Shown here: piece by piece, positions 17,144 through 25,817 of the stretch
Layout of the letters: every line of letters begins with the position of its first letter
Numbering within the stretch: position 1 is the stretch's first letter
Source: a bacterium
GTDB taxonomy: Bacteria; Zhuqueibacterota; Zhuqueibacteria; Zhuqueibacterales; Zhuqueibacteraceae
Length of the DNA stretch: 40,897 nucleotides
Assembly (NCBI GenBank): GCA_044869275.1
Contig: JBIOXB010000207.1
Coordinates: 1 to 40,897, forward strand
Direction of reading: 5' to 3'
Translations under genes and position numbers: made by a program
The notes under the pieces: model-generated
Told to the model about the DNA's origin: nothing
What the model saw: only the letters and a program-made list of their open reading frames with translations
The model's database searches: none

Positions 17144-18166
17144 TTGACGGTTATAAGCGCACCGGCTCTGCAATCAAAAACTAAAATACAACTCTCTGAA
17201 TTCCATCCTGCGCTTTGGGCGCCGGGCGGCGACTTGCAGACGCTCGCCGGGTATTTTCTGCCCAGCCCCAAATCACTTCCTGAAACACAATTGTATCATG
17301 TTCCCGTCTCGAATGGTGACGAGTTGGTCATGTGTGCCAACCGGCCCGTGGCGCGCAGAATTGATGGAATCGTTCTGCTCATGCACGGTCTGGGCGGGCA
17401 TGCAGATTCGCCTTTCATGCTGCGCGTGGCCGACAAACTCTTGCAACGAAACTGGATGACTTTTCGTCTGAATCATCGCGGTTCGGGACAAGGCAAGGGC
17501 CTGGCCAAGGGCATTTACCATGCCGGCAAGAGCGAAGACCTTCAGCCGGTGTTGAAAAAGATAGCGGAACTATATCCCGATCAAAGAATCGTTGTGGTGG
17601 GGTTCTCCTTGAGCGGCAATTTGTTGCTGAAATATCTCGGCGAGCAGAAACATTTTCCACCGGAGAACTTTGCCGGCGCAATTGCCGTCAGCCCGCCGAT
17701 TGATTTGTCTTTGTCTGCACAGGCCATGTCGCGCCTCAGAAATCGTCCTTACGATTTACGTTTTACGCGTTTGCTCAAAAAACTCGTGCGTGAGCACCAG
17801 CAAGAATTCGCCGATTTCCCGCGTGTTGACCTACCTTTCAATCTTACCCTTTACGGCTTCGATCAAATCGTCACCGCGCCGGTGCACGGCTTTGCCTCTG
17901 CCGAGGATTATTACGCGCAATGCAGTGCGAAACAGTTTCTCGCGAACCTCTCCCATCCTGCTGTCATCCTCGCGGCGGACAACGATCCTTTCATTCCCAA
18001 GGAAACCTACATGAACTTGCCTCGCAAAGATTCGATCAAGCTGTATTTGACGCGCAGCGGCGGGCACATGGGGTTTATTTCAAAGCAGAAAACTTCGTGG
18101 GGGGATTATCGGTGGATGGATGAGGCGGTGGTGAGATATGCCGAAACGCTTGCGCCGCGGGAATAG
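17144..18166 (+). CDS. YheT/ABHD family alpha/beta hydrolase
   Basis: LQT, HGLGG, N.RG.G, YHAG.SEDL, GFSLSG nucleophile, DDPF-like NDPF and GGHMGF motifs; TTG start uncertain. Confidence 0.88.
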   Translation: MTVISAPALQSKTKIQLSEFHPALWAPGGDLQTLAGYFLPSPKSLPETQLYHVPVSNGDELVMCANRPVARRIDGIVLLMHGLGGHADSPFMLRVADKLLQRNWMTFRLNHRGSGQGKGLAKGIYHAGKSEDLQPVLKKIAELYPDQRIVVVGFSLSGNLLLKYLGEQKHFPPENFAGAIAVSPPIDLSLSAQAMSRLRNRPYDLRFTRLLKKLVREHQQEFADFPRVDLPFNLTLYGFDQIVTAPVHGFASAEDYYAQCSAKQFLANLSHPAVILAADNDPFIPKETYMNLPRKDSIKLYLTRSGGHMGFISKQKTSWGDYRWMDEAVVRYAETLAPRE

Positions 18167-18190
18167 CTTGAAAATGTTAAGTTGAATTAG

Positions 18191-18451
18191 CTATGCTTGT
18201 GCAATAGGAGATTGCTGAGTCGCTAGCCGCATTCGTTCGATGACCGCTTTAGGCAATTCGATCAAAACAAAGCGGCTGGCAGGATACAAATAATCCTCTC
18301 CACTTTCATCAATAACGCGCAAATCGTCATCTGTCGCAGCGTCATCATCGCGGAGGATGCGGTAAATTTTGTATAGCTCTAGTGAGGCCGGGTAGCCGGA
18401 ATTATCAATACAGACGGCAAATTTCGGGTCAGCATGATTGTGTTGTTTCAT
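18191..18451 (-). CDS. Small conserved protein (LRVIDESGEDYLYP motif), putative immunity/antitoxin
   Basis: 86 aa from ATG 18451, 4 nt after the upstream gene's stop; FAVCI.N.GY.ASLE..KIY and RVIDESGEDYLYP..F motifs. Confidence 0.75.
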   Translation of the reverse strand: MKQHNHADPKFAVCIDNSGYPASLELYKIYRILRDDDAATDDDLRVIDESGEDYLYPASRFVLIELPKAVIERMRLATQQSPIAQA

Positions 18452-18455
18452 GAGG

Positions 18456-18698
18456 CTAGTCCAAATAGCGTTTGCGTTTGATTTCCTTCTTGCCGATGCC
18501 ATGCGCTTCATACCAATGTATTTCGGCTTTGCGAACCCTGCCATTCGAGAGGCGAATCGTCGCCGTTCCTTTTAACTTTCGCCAACGACCCGTACCATAT
18601 AACTATCGCAAGCGGGCGGCGTCTCGAATTGCGCTGCCAATCGCAATTGGCTCGATATCTGTTATCTTGCCAATGATTTCGAAATCATCATCGCGCAT
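18456..18698 (-). pseudogene. Small basic protein (GRWRKLKG...AEIHWYEAHGIG) with an in-frame TAG at codon 32; putative toxin
   Basis: Manual translation: MRDDDFEIIGKITDIEPIAIGSAIRDAARLR*LYGTGRWRKLKGTATIRLSNGRVRKAEIHWYEAHGIGKKEIKRKRYLD*; stop at 18603-18605; absent from the ORF track. Confidence 0.8.
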
Positions 18699-18971
18699 TC
18701 AATAATTGCATCCCCAAAAACCAAGCAGCCATTGTACAAGACGCTTGTTTCTTCCCGCACAAACAAATATAAAACAAAATTCAAATAAAGCAACCTTCGT
18801 TTTTTGGGACAAGCAGTCTTTCAACTTCAGGTGATTGATACTCAGACACAGCTTCCTCCCAAAAACGGAATGAGCGGAAAAACAAATCTTTGAAAAGAAG
18901 TTAATGAAAATCAAGACATGTATTTAAGTGGATCGCAAAAAGTGCAAAAGCGCAGCCAGGCATCTTCGCCG

Positions 18972-21005
18972 TTATTGTTTCGCCACGCGTTGAATATAGA
19001 GCAACGCCTCCTTTGCCGCCAGAATCAACTCCGGGTCAGCAGGAGCAAAGGGCGCCTCCACGACGCGCCGCAGCAACGGCGCGGCTTTCCGGTATTGTTT
19101 GGTTTTCATGAACGCCATCGCCTGATTGTACCAATCCATCTGTTGCTGCTGTTGCACCTGCAGGCTCGCGCTCCTCGCGGCTTGCTGCAATTCTGCCTCT
19201 TCGCAGGTGGCGGCAGCCTCCTGCAGCCGGAGTAATGCTTCGTCGAAATCTTTGTTCGCCGCCCGGATCAAAGCACCATTATAAAGCTTGAGGTGGCGCT
19301 GATGCTCCGCGGCTTGGAGCATTTCTTGCGCTTGCCTCAGCAAAGCCGGATTTTGCGTGCCCGCCTGCACCCGTTTAAGCGCTTGCATCGCTTCGTCAAT
19401 CTTCCCCTGCTCCAGCCAGGCCACGGCTTTTTCCATCTCAATCGCAACCAGCCGTTCGCGCGCTTCGACGATCTGAGCGCGACGGCCACGCGGCGTAATT
19501 ACTTTCTCGAACACCACCTGCGCCTTGGTAGAATCATCATTGCGCGCGTAGAGCGCGAGCAAATTCAACGCAATATCCATGCGCGCGGGCAGGCGCTGCA
19601 GAGCAATTTCCAGAGCCGCAATGCCCTCCTCCGGCGGGCTTTTGCTGTCGAAGACAAAAGTCTCGCCAAAGGCTGCGTACGCTTCCAGGAAATTGTGATC
19701 GAGATCGACCGCGGTGCGAAAAGCCTCGCGCGCTTCCCGCACCGCCGGCGTATTCAGATCACGAGCATTCATCCGGGCGCGATACTTGACGCCGGCAATG
19801 AGACACTGGCCGAGGCGATAATGGATCAACGTCTGCGAGGGATCGAGTTGAATGGCTTGCTGGAAAAATTGACGCGCTTCGGGGAATTTTCCCTGCTGCG
19901 TTGCCACCACGCCCAAGCCGGCGTATGCCGGCGCGTAATTCGGATTCACTACGAGGGCCTGCCTGAAATGGGCTTCCGCTTCACGCCCGCGCTCGTCTTC
20001 CAATTGCACGAGCAAATCTCCCAAGCGGTAAAGCACCTCTTCGTAAGCGAGGATATCCACGCGCGCGGCCGTGGCCACGGCCAGTTGCTGCGAGCTGACG
20101 GCCGTGTAATTAAAAAGAAAACGGCGCAAATACCTTTCCAGCTCGGATTGCAATTGCAGCTCGTCCTTCCCGAATGCTTCGTGCAGGGCCGAGTCTGGGG
20201 CACTGCCCTGCGCCAGCAGGGTCCAAAACTGGGCGAACGCGGGCCGCAAACTGCCCTGCTGTACGTGCAAGAAATAATGCACCAGCAGCCAGGATTGGGC
20301 ATAGAAGAGCCCCTGCTTGCTTTCTTCGTTGTAGAGAACAGCACCATCGGCGATCGTAAAAAGTTGCGCCAGCGGCATGAGCGTCTCAGATTGCAAAAAG
20401 GCCAGGTGGTGTTTGACTGGCAGGCCGACTTTCGCTTGGTTATCGTCAGATTCGAATGTGCTGTAATATTCGGCCAGGCCTTCATTCAACCACAACGGCA
20501 AACCCGGATGATTATTGTTGAAGAAGAAATGAATGTATTCGTGCTGAATGGTGGGCACGGCGCCGACCTCCGCGCTCAACGCCATGTAATTGCCGTCGGA
20601 GCGTGGCAAAAAATACCCACCCACCGGCGCGACCTCGCCCGAAACCCGGAAGATATACGGCGTGAAAGACTTGTGGTTTTTGAACAGAAAGATGGAGGTG
20701 GGGACCGGAGTATTCACAGCCGCGACATTGGTTAGCAGCGCAAGGGTCTTGCGCAACCGCTCCAGATTCGCGCCAACCAGTAAAGCGATTTTCTCCGGGG
20801 CATTGCTATAAATGGTAAAATTCGCCGTTTGCGCGCGCAACCATTTCTCTTGGCGCAGAGGAAGGCGAACCACCTCCTCTTGCTGCGCCGCCGCGCCTGG
20901 TGGCGCCAGCGTTGCGATGACGGCACCAAGAATCAGGCCCAGCAAGCCGCCTTGGCTGATTTGCTTCAGACCAGGTCCAACTTTTTTGAAAGAATCTCCG
21001 ATCAT
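18972..21005 (-). CDS. Exported TPR protein with DUF1570/gluzincin-like peptidase domain
   Basis: Signal-like segment; HEYIH...P.WLNEGLAEYY; FYAQSWLLVHY; several TPR repeats; start placed at ATG 21005. Confidence 0.82.
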   Translation of the reverse strand: MIGDSFKKVGPGLKQISQGGLLGLILGAVIATLAPPGAAAQQEEVVRLPLRQEKWLRAQTANFTIYSNAPEKIALLVGANLERLRKTLALLTNVAAVNTPVPTSIFLFKNHKSFTPYIFRVSGEVAPVGGYFLPRSDGNYMALSAEVGAVPTIQHEYIHFFFNNNHPGLPLWLNEGLAEYYSTFESDDNQAKVGLPVKHHLAFLQSETLMPLAQLFTIADGAVLYNEESKQGLFYAQSWLLVHYFLHVQQGSLRPAFAQFWTLLAQGSAPDSALHEAFGKDELQLQSELERYLRRFLFNYTAVSSQQLAVATAARVDILAYEEVLYRLGDLLVQLEDERGREAEAHFRQALVVNPNYAPAYAGLGVVATQQGKFPEARQFFQQAIQLDPSQTLIHYRLGQCLIAGVKYRARMNARDLNTPAVREAREAFRTAVDLDHNFLEAYAAFGETFVFDSKSPPEEGIAALEIALQRLPARMDIALNLLALYARNDDSTKAQVVFEKVITPRGRRAQIVEARERLVAIEMEKAVAWLEQGKIDEAMQALKRVQAGTQNPALLRQAQEMLQAAEHQRHLKLYNGALIRAANKDFDEALLRLQEAAATCEEAELQQAARSASLQVQQQQQMDWYNQAMAFMKTKQYRKAAPLLRRVVEAPFAPADPELILAAKEALLYIQRVAKQ

Positions 21006-21114
21006 GAGATCCCAGCAGGCATTCTTTAGGTGGCTGGGGAAGATTCTCACAGAATGACATGAACAGGACACGGACACCAATCGCCGCGGCGCCTGCTGCT
21101 GCGGACGCTTCCAC

Positions 21115-22455
21115 CTACCGCGCCGCGATATTCCCCACATTATGCGCCTTCAAAAAAGCCATTTCCTCCTCCCCGATCACTTCTTGATGCGCCTCCAAAA
21201 TGGCGGAGTCGAAACGCACTGCGGCCCAGAGCGCAAAGGGCGCTAGGTGTGTTTGGGTTTGCTTGTAATGATTGAAAACGAGAAAATATCCTTCCGCCAG
21301 GTTGCGGCGATCTTGCGGGGAAAGCTGGTCGTAGGTGCCGTACAGAACGGGAAGGGAGAGAAGTTGCCGCGGCTCCAGAACATCGGGATTGCCGATCTTG
21401 TCCGTATTCACGCGATAGATATTCGGCCACAAATAGGGATCGACATAATAATGCCCGGAAATGCCCCAGAGATTGTCCCCTTTCACCACTTGATGTTTGC
21501 CGCCGCCAAAACCCACCGTGGAGGCCGGCTGTGAAGTTGCAGGAGTTGCGGCATTCGCAGCTTGATTGGCCTCTTGGGGCGCGGTTTGCGCCGGTGAGCT
21601 GGTTTCGGTGTTCGTCGATTCCGCCAGGTGATTCCATTGCTCGCGAATTGGCTTGGCGAAAAACAGAAGCAACAGCAACAAAATGGCGCCAAAACTGGCG
21701 TACCATTTGAACCGGCTGGGCTTGGGCTCGCGCTCCTTTTCCTGCATGTAAGAGGGCCGCCGCACGCGCGAGGCAAGGCTGGGGGAAGAAACCGTGGCCG
21801 GCACCATGCCACTCGGCCGGGTTTCCACCTCTCCCACGAAATGCTCAGCGGCAGCAAATTGTCCATTGCCCTTGCCAAAATGATTCCTGGCGGGCGCGGG
21901 CTCTTCTTCTTCACCAAAATCGAAACGGATATGCGAAGGCGGAGGGCTGGCCGGCGACCAGGCCAGCGCGGGTCTGACATAGGCCGGCTGCACCGGCTCG
22001 TGCACTTCTTGTTGCCGCACCGGTTCGGCATACTCATCTTCAAGGTCAAAGAGTGGAATGGCCTCAGGCACGGCAGCCGGAACCACTTCGGGAACGGGTT
22101 CGGCCCGGGGCTTTTCACGCGCGACCGGGGTATCGATAAATTCCGCTTGGAGATGAACATAGGGCCAGTTCACGCGGCGTTCGAGTTTTTCCACTGGGTT
22201 GAAAGCCACACGATACTGCCCGGGAATGTTGATGATTTCACCCGTGCGCGGGTTGCGGCCCTGGCGTGCGTCGCTCCACTTGAGCTGAAAGCTGCCGAAT
22301 TCATGAATTTTGACCACGCCGTCGCGCGCCAAACCTTCTTCGATTAAAGCCGTGGCCTCTTCCACATAGCGGCGCAGAAAAGCGGCGCGATCCGTCAGCT
22401 TCCAGCCTTTACGCGGCCGGTCCATGAGTTTGAGATACCGCGTTTTCGTGCTCAT
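21115..22455 (-). CDS. HU/IHF-domain, Pro-rich linker, TM helix and LysM fusion protein
   Basis: FGSF......R.GRNPRTGE.I.IP....V.F.P HU motif; TM WYASFGAILLLLLLFFA; LysM HQVVKGDNLW.IS..YY.DPYLWP.IY..N...I.NPD. Confidence 0.85.
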   Translation of the reverse strand: MSTKTRYLKLMDRPRKGWKLTDRAAFLRRYVEEATALIEEGLARDGVVKIHEFGSFQLKWSDARQGRNPRTGEIINIPGQYRVAFNPVEKLERRVNWPYVHLQAEFIDTPVAREKPRAEPVPEVVPAAVPEAIPLFDLEDEYAEPVRQQEVHEPVQPAYVRPALAWSPASPPPSHIRFDFGEEEEPAPARNHFGKGNGQFAAAEHFVGEVETRPSGMVPATVSSPSLASRVRRPSYMQEKEREPKPSRFKWYASFGAILLLLLLFFAKPIREQWNHLAESTNTETSSPAQTAPQEANQAANAATPATSQPASTVGFGGGKHQVVKGDNLWGISGHYYVDPYLWPNIYRVNTDKIGNPDVLEPRQLLSLPVLYGTYDQLSPQDRRNLAEGYFLVFNHYKQTQTHLAPFALWAAVRFDSAILEAHQEVIGEEEMAFLKAHNVGNIAAR

Positions 22456-22739
22456 ACTCTTCTTCTCCTAGACAGGCGCTTTTTTAGCGCATCCGATGGT
22501 TTAAAAAACAGCACGACTTTCGGCGGCAGGATCATGTACTTTTTGGCGGCGGGATTATAGGATTTGCGCGCCTCGGTTTTGCGGGTGCCAAAGGTGCCGA
22601 AGCCGCGCAGGCAGATCGACTGGTGTTTCTCGAGATTCTTGGCGATGGTTTCGTGCAGCAGGCGCACCAACTCGCGGGTTTCGCGCTGGGTGATTTCCAA
22701 TCGATTCGCGAGCGTTTTGACGAATTCGGTGGTGTTCAT
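22452..22739 (-). CDS. HU family DNA-binding protein
   Basis: 95 aa with MN..E....LA, LRGFGTF, R..YNP and F.PS..LK motifs; 4-nt ATGA overlap with the downstream gene. Confidence 0.88.
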   Translation of the reverse strand: MNTTEFVKTLANRLEITQRETRELVRLLHETIAKNLEKHQSICLRGFGTFGTRKTEARKSYNPAAKKYMILPPKVVLFFKPSDALKKRLSRRRRV

Positions 22740-22781
22740 GGCTCATCTCGCGCGCAGTTTTGGGAGTGAAAATCCGTACTC

Positions 22782-22809
22782 AATATAAAAAAAGCCGGGC
22801 GAATGTCAA
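22782..22809 (-). promoter_or_regulatory. Putative sigma70-type promoter for the HU operon
   Basis: Minus strand TTGACA-16 nt-TATATT about 40 nt upstream of ATG 22739. Confidence 0.6.
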
Positions 22810-22926
22810 TAAAAACTTGAGTTGCAATTGGCGTTCAAGACTTTTAAATTCTATTGTCGTGCAGGCGCGCATGCCATCATGCACAAGTGCCAACCATTCC
22901 CTGCCAACCTTGACCGAGGTGCTCAC

Positions 22927-23904
22927 GTGCTCGCCATTCAAGTCAAGAATGATGACCGCCACAGTTTGCACTTGGCGGACGTCGCTGATCCCATCTGTCA
23001 GCCTCATGAGGTACTGATCAAAGTACAAGCTACGGCGGTAAATCGCGCGGATCTGTTGCAGCGGCGCGGGCTTTATCCTCCGCCGCCGGGCGCTTCACCA
23101 ATTCTCGGCCTGGAGGCTGCCGGCGAAATCGTTGCCGTGGGCAAATTCGTCACCGGTTGGAAGCCCGGCGATCGCGTTTTTTGTCTGCTCGCGGGCGGCG
23201 GTTATGCGCAGTTGATGAAGGCGCATCAGGACATACTGCTGCGTCTGCCCTCGGGGTGGACGTATGCGCAAGCGGCCGCTGTTCCCGAGGTCTTTTATAC
23301 CGCTTATGTCAATCTGTTCTTGGAAGCGAAGCTGAAAGCGCGCGAAATTGTCTTGCTGCATGCGGGCGCGAGCGGTGTGGGCACTGCCGCCATTCAACTG
23401 GCGCGGCAGGCCGGCGCCTTGGTGATCGTCACCGCGGGATCGGACGAGAAAATTCAGCAGTGCTTGATGCTGGGCGCGAATCACGGCATCAATTACAAGA
23501 AGGATGACTTCGTCGAACGCGTGCATAAGATCACCAATCAAGCCGGCGTGCACGTGATTCTCGATTGCATCGGCGCTGCTTATTTGGAAAGAAATCTCTC
23601 GGTCCTGCAAACGCAAGGCCGGCTGGTGTTGATCGGTTTGATGGGCGGCGCACGAGCGGAAATTGATTTGGAATTACTGTTGCGCAAACGCCTGCGCGTC
23701 ATGGGATCGGTGTTGCGCAGCCGTGGATTGCGCGAAAAGATCATGCTGACGCAGCTCTTCCGCGAGAAAGTGATGCCGCAGTTTGAAAGCGGCAGCTTCC
23801 AGCCGGTGATCGACAAGATCTTTCCCTGGGCGGAGGCGGAAAAGGCGCACGAGTATGTTGCGGAGAATCGAAATTTTGGAAAGGTGGTGTTGGAGCTGAG
23901 TTGA
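22927..23904 (+). CDS. NAD(P)H-quinone oxidoreductase, PIG3/zeta-crystallin family
   Basis: VNRADLLQR.G.YPPPPGAS.ILGLE, GGGYA, HAGASGVGTAAIQ and GKVVL motifs; GTG start after GAGGT. Confidence 0.92.
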   Translation: MLAIQVKNDDRHSLHLADVADPICQPHEVLIKVQATAVNRADLLQRRGLYPPPPGASPILGLEAAGEIVAVGKFVTGWKPGDRVFCLLAGGGYAQLMKAHQDILLRLPSGWTYAQAAAVPEVFYTAYVNLFLEAKLKAREIVLLHAGASGVGTAAIQLARQAGALVIVTAGSDEKIQQCLMLGANHGINYKKDDFVERVHKITNQAGVHVILDCIGAAYLERNLSVLQTQGRLVLIGLMGGARAEIDLELLLRKRLRVMGSVLRSRGLREKIMLTQLFREKVMPQFESGSFQPVIDKIFPWAEAEKAHEYVAENRNFGKVVLELS

Positions 23905-23975
23905 GCCGCACATTTGCTTTGGGGCAGCAAGTGCTTGGCGCAAGCGAATACTCCGCCGCGGCGTCTGGGGCCCGA

Positions 23976-24389
23976 TCATTTGACCTGCATCACAGATTGG
24001 TCGGGATGGGCGGGATTCGGCAATAGTCGTCGTTCGCGACAGTCCACGTGCAAATCGGTTCTCTCCAAAGTGGTTTGTCCGATGATGACTTCATCTCCGA
24101 GCACGAGAGCTTCTTCATGCGTACGGCGGTTCATTATTTCTACAAGAACCGGCTCAGTGACATCGACTTCTTCCCGCCGGCCATCCGCGTATTCAGCCAA
24201 TTGTTTAAGCGGTCGAGCCAACCCCAGTTGTTCTACGACTAAAGAAGGAACGATCAAAGTCACAGCGCCGGTATCCACCAAAGCGCTGGCTTCCAATGAT
24301 CGTACTTCTCCAGGCAGCATCAAATTCCGGCGTACTAGCGCCAGATCGGCCGCATTTGTCAGCTTCACATTTACTCTCACTTCGCTCAT
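23976..24389 (-). CDS. Clan AA (retropepsin-like) aspartic protease
   Basis: ALVDTGA catalytic motif, YADGR and IIG...LE..DL.VD....L.PNP..P; RBS before ATG 24389. Confidence 0.85.
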   Translation of the reverse strand: MSEVRVNVKLTNAADLALVRRNLMLPGEVRSLEASALVDTGAVTLIVPSLVVEQLGLARPLKQLAEYADGRREEVDVTEPVLVEIMNRRTHEEALVLGDEVIIGQTTLERTDLHVDCRERRLLPNPAHPDQSVMQVK

Positions 24390-24520
24390 TTGTTGTTCCC
24401 CCTTTTTCAAATTCGCGCTCAAAGATTGATAACCATCTGCCATGGCATTCGGAAGAGCTCCATTCTAAAAGAAAAACAACCGGCTTTTTTGAGCACCTGA
24501 GCAGCATCCGCAACTCTTGC

Positions 24521-25693
24521 TCACCTTTTCTCTATCGGCACATATTTGGCATTTAGTGGCCCGGTATAAACCGCATCTGGACGGTACAAGCGGTTGTCGC
24601 GCAATTGCTCCAGCACGTGCGCGGTCCAGCCTGCTATGCGGCTCACGGCAAAAATGGGCGTAAATAAATCCGGCTCGACGCCGATATAATAGTACACTGA
24701 GGCGGAGAAGAAATCGACATTGGGATGAATGCCTCTGCTCCCGACTTCGCGCTCCATGACCCGTTCCATTTCTTTCGACATTTTGTACCATTTGAGATTG
24801 CCGGTGATCTCGGCCAGTTGCTGCGAATAGCGGCTCAAAATGCGCGCGCGCGGATCGTAGGTTTTATAGATGCGATGCCCAAAGCCGCTCACCTTGCCTT
24901 TGCTCTCCAGCCGCGCCATCACCCAGGCCTCCACTTTTTCAATCTCGCCAATCTCCAGGAAACTCGTCATGACCTCGGTATTGGCGCCCCCGTGCAGCGG
25001 GCCCTTCAAGCTGCCAATGGCCGCGGTGATCGCGGAATACATGTCCGGCAGCGAAGAGATGCACACGCGCGCGGTAAAGGTCGAAGCATTGAAGCTATGA
25101 TCCGCATGCAGAATCAAACAGACGTCGAAAATTTTTGCTGCTTTCTCGTCCGGGGTTTCGCCGGAGACTTGATGCAAAAAATGCGCGGCATGATTCAAGT
25201 CCAGGCGCGGCTTCACCGGGGGCTCGCCTTTGCGCAGGCGCTGCAGCGTCCCCACGATCGCGGGGAAAGCTGCGATCAAACGCTCGGCGCGTTCGGTGTC
25301 CTTGGCCAGGGAATCATCCTTGGGTGCATCATCGAACAAGCCCAAAGCCGAAACCGCCGTGCGCAGAACGTCCATGGGATTGGCCGTGGAGGGGAAGGTT
25401 TGCATCAACTTCGTCACGGCGGGCGGCACTTCGCGCTGGGCTTTCAGGCGATTTTCGAAAGCCGTGAGCTCCGGGCGCGTGGGCAAATGGCCGTGCAGGA
25501 GAAAAAAGGCCGTTTCTTCGAAAGTGGAGTGCTCCGCCAGCTCTTCGATCAAAACGCCGCGATAGGTGAGAATGCCCTTTTGCCCGTCGATGGAACAAAT
25601 CGTGCTCGGCCCGGCAATGATGCCTGCGAGGCCGGGATGGTACTGCACCTTATTTCCGGCAGCATCAATAGTTTCAACGATTTTCTCGGACAT
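24521..25693 (-). CDS. Citrate synthase (or 2-methylcitrate synthase), short type
   Basis: GL.G, G.L.YRG, LHADHSFNASTF, GPLHGGAN, GFGHRIYK..DPRA, PNVDF.S and R.AGW.AH motifs; AGGAG RBS. Confidence 0.93.
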   Translation of the reverse strand: MSEKIVETIDAAGNKVQYHPGLAGIIAGPSTICSIDGQKGILTYRGVLIEELAEHSTFEETAFFLLHGHLPTRPELTAFENRLKAQREVPPAVTKLMQTFPSTANPMDVLRTAVSALGLFDDAPKDDSLAKDTERAERLIAAFPAIVGTLQRLRKGEPPVKPRLDLNHAAHFLHQVSGETPDEKAAKIFDVCLILHADHSFNASTFTARVCISSLPDMYSAITAAIGSLKGPLHGGANTEVMTSFLEIGEIEKVEAWVMARLESKGKVSGFGHRIYKTYDPRARILSRYSQQLAEITGNLKWYKMSKEMERVMEREVGSRGIHPNVDFFSASVYYYIGVEPDLFTPIFAVSRIAGWTAHVLEQLRDNRLYRPDAVYTGPLNAKYVPIEKR

Positions 25694-25817
25694 CCACCTT
25701 CTCCTTATGCTGAAAATTGGGCAACGGCTGAAGTGGCATTCCACCCTGGTTTTGTTGGCGACAACATAGAAATAAAATGCTCGAAAAGCAAGGCTGAGAA
25801 CGACGAGTTGCGAGCCT

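Noticed and set aside
18191..18544. 117-aa version of the small minus-strand ORF
   Set aside because: The extension overlaps the upstream amber-interrupted gene in another frame; ATG 18451 fits the operon spacing
18603..18605. Pyrrolysine or genetic-code reassignment of TAG
   Set aside because: TAG is the normal stop of many genes here (582-1085, SDR, PEGA, amrA, both metacaspases) and no pyl genes are visible
19293..20735. 480-aa + strand ORF and similar long antisense ORFs (2757-3659, 10538-11686, 24725-25942, 28427-29740, 38747-40246)
   Set aside because: Shadow frames of well-supported genes on the opposite strand in GC-rich DNA, with no recognisable motifs
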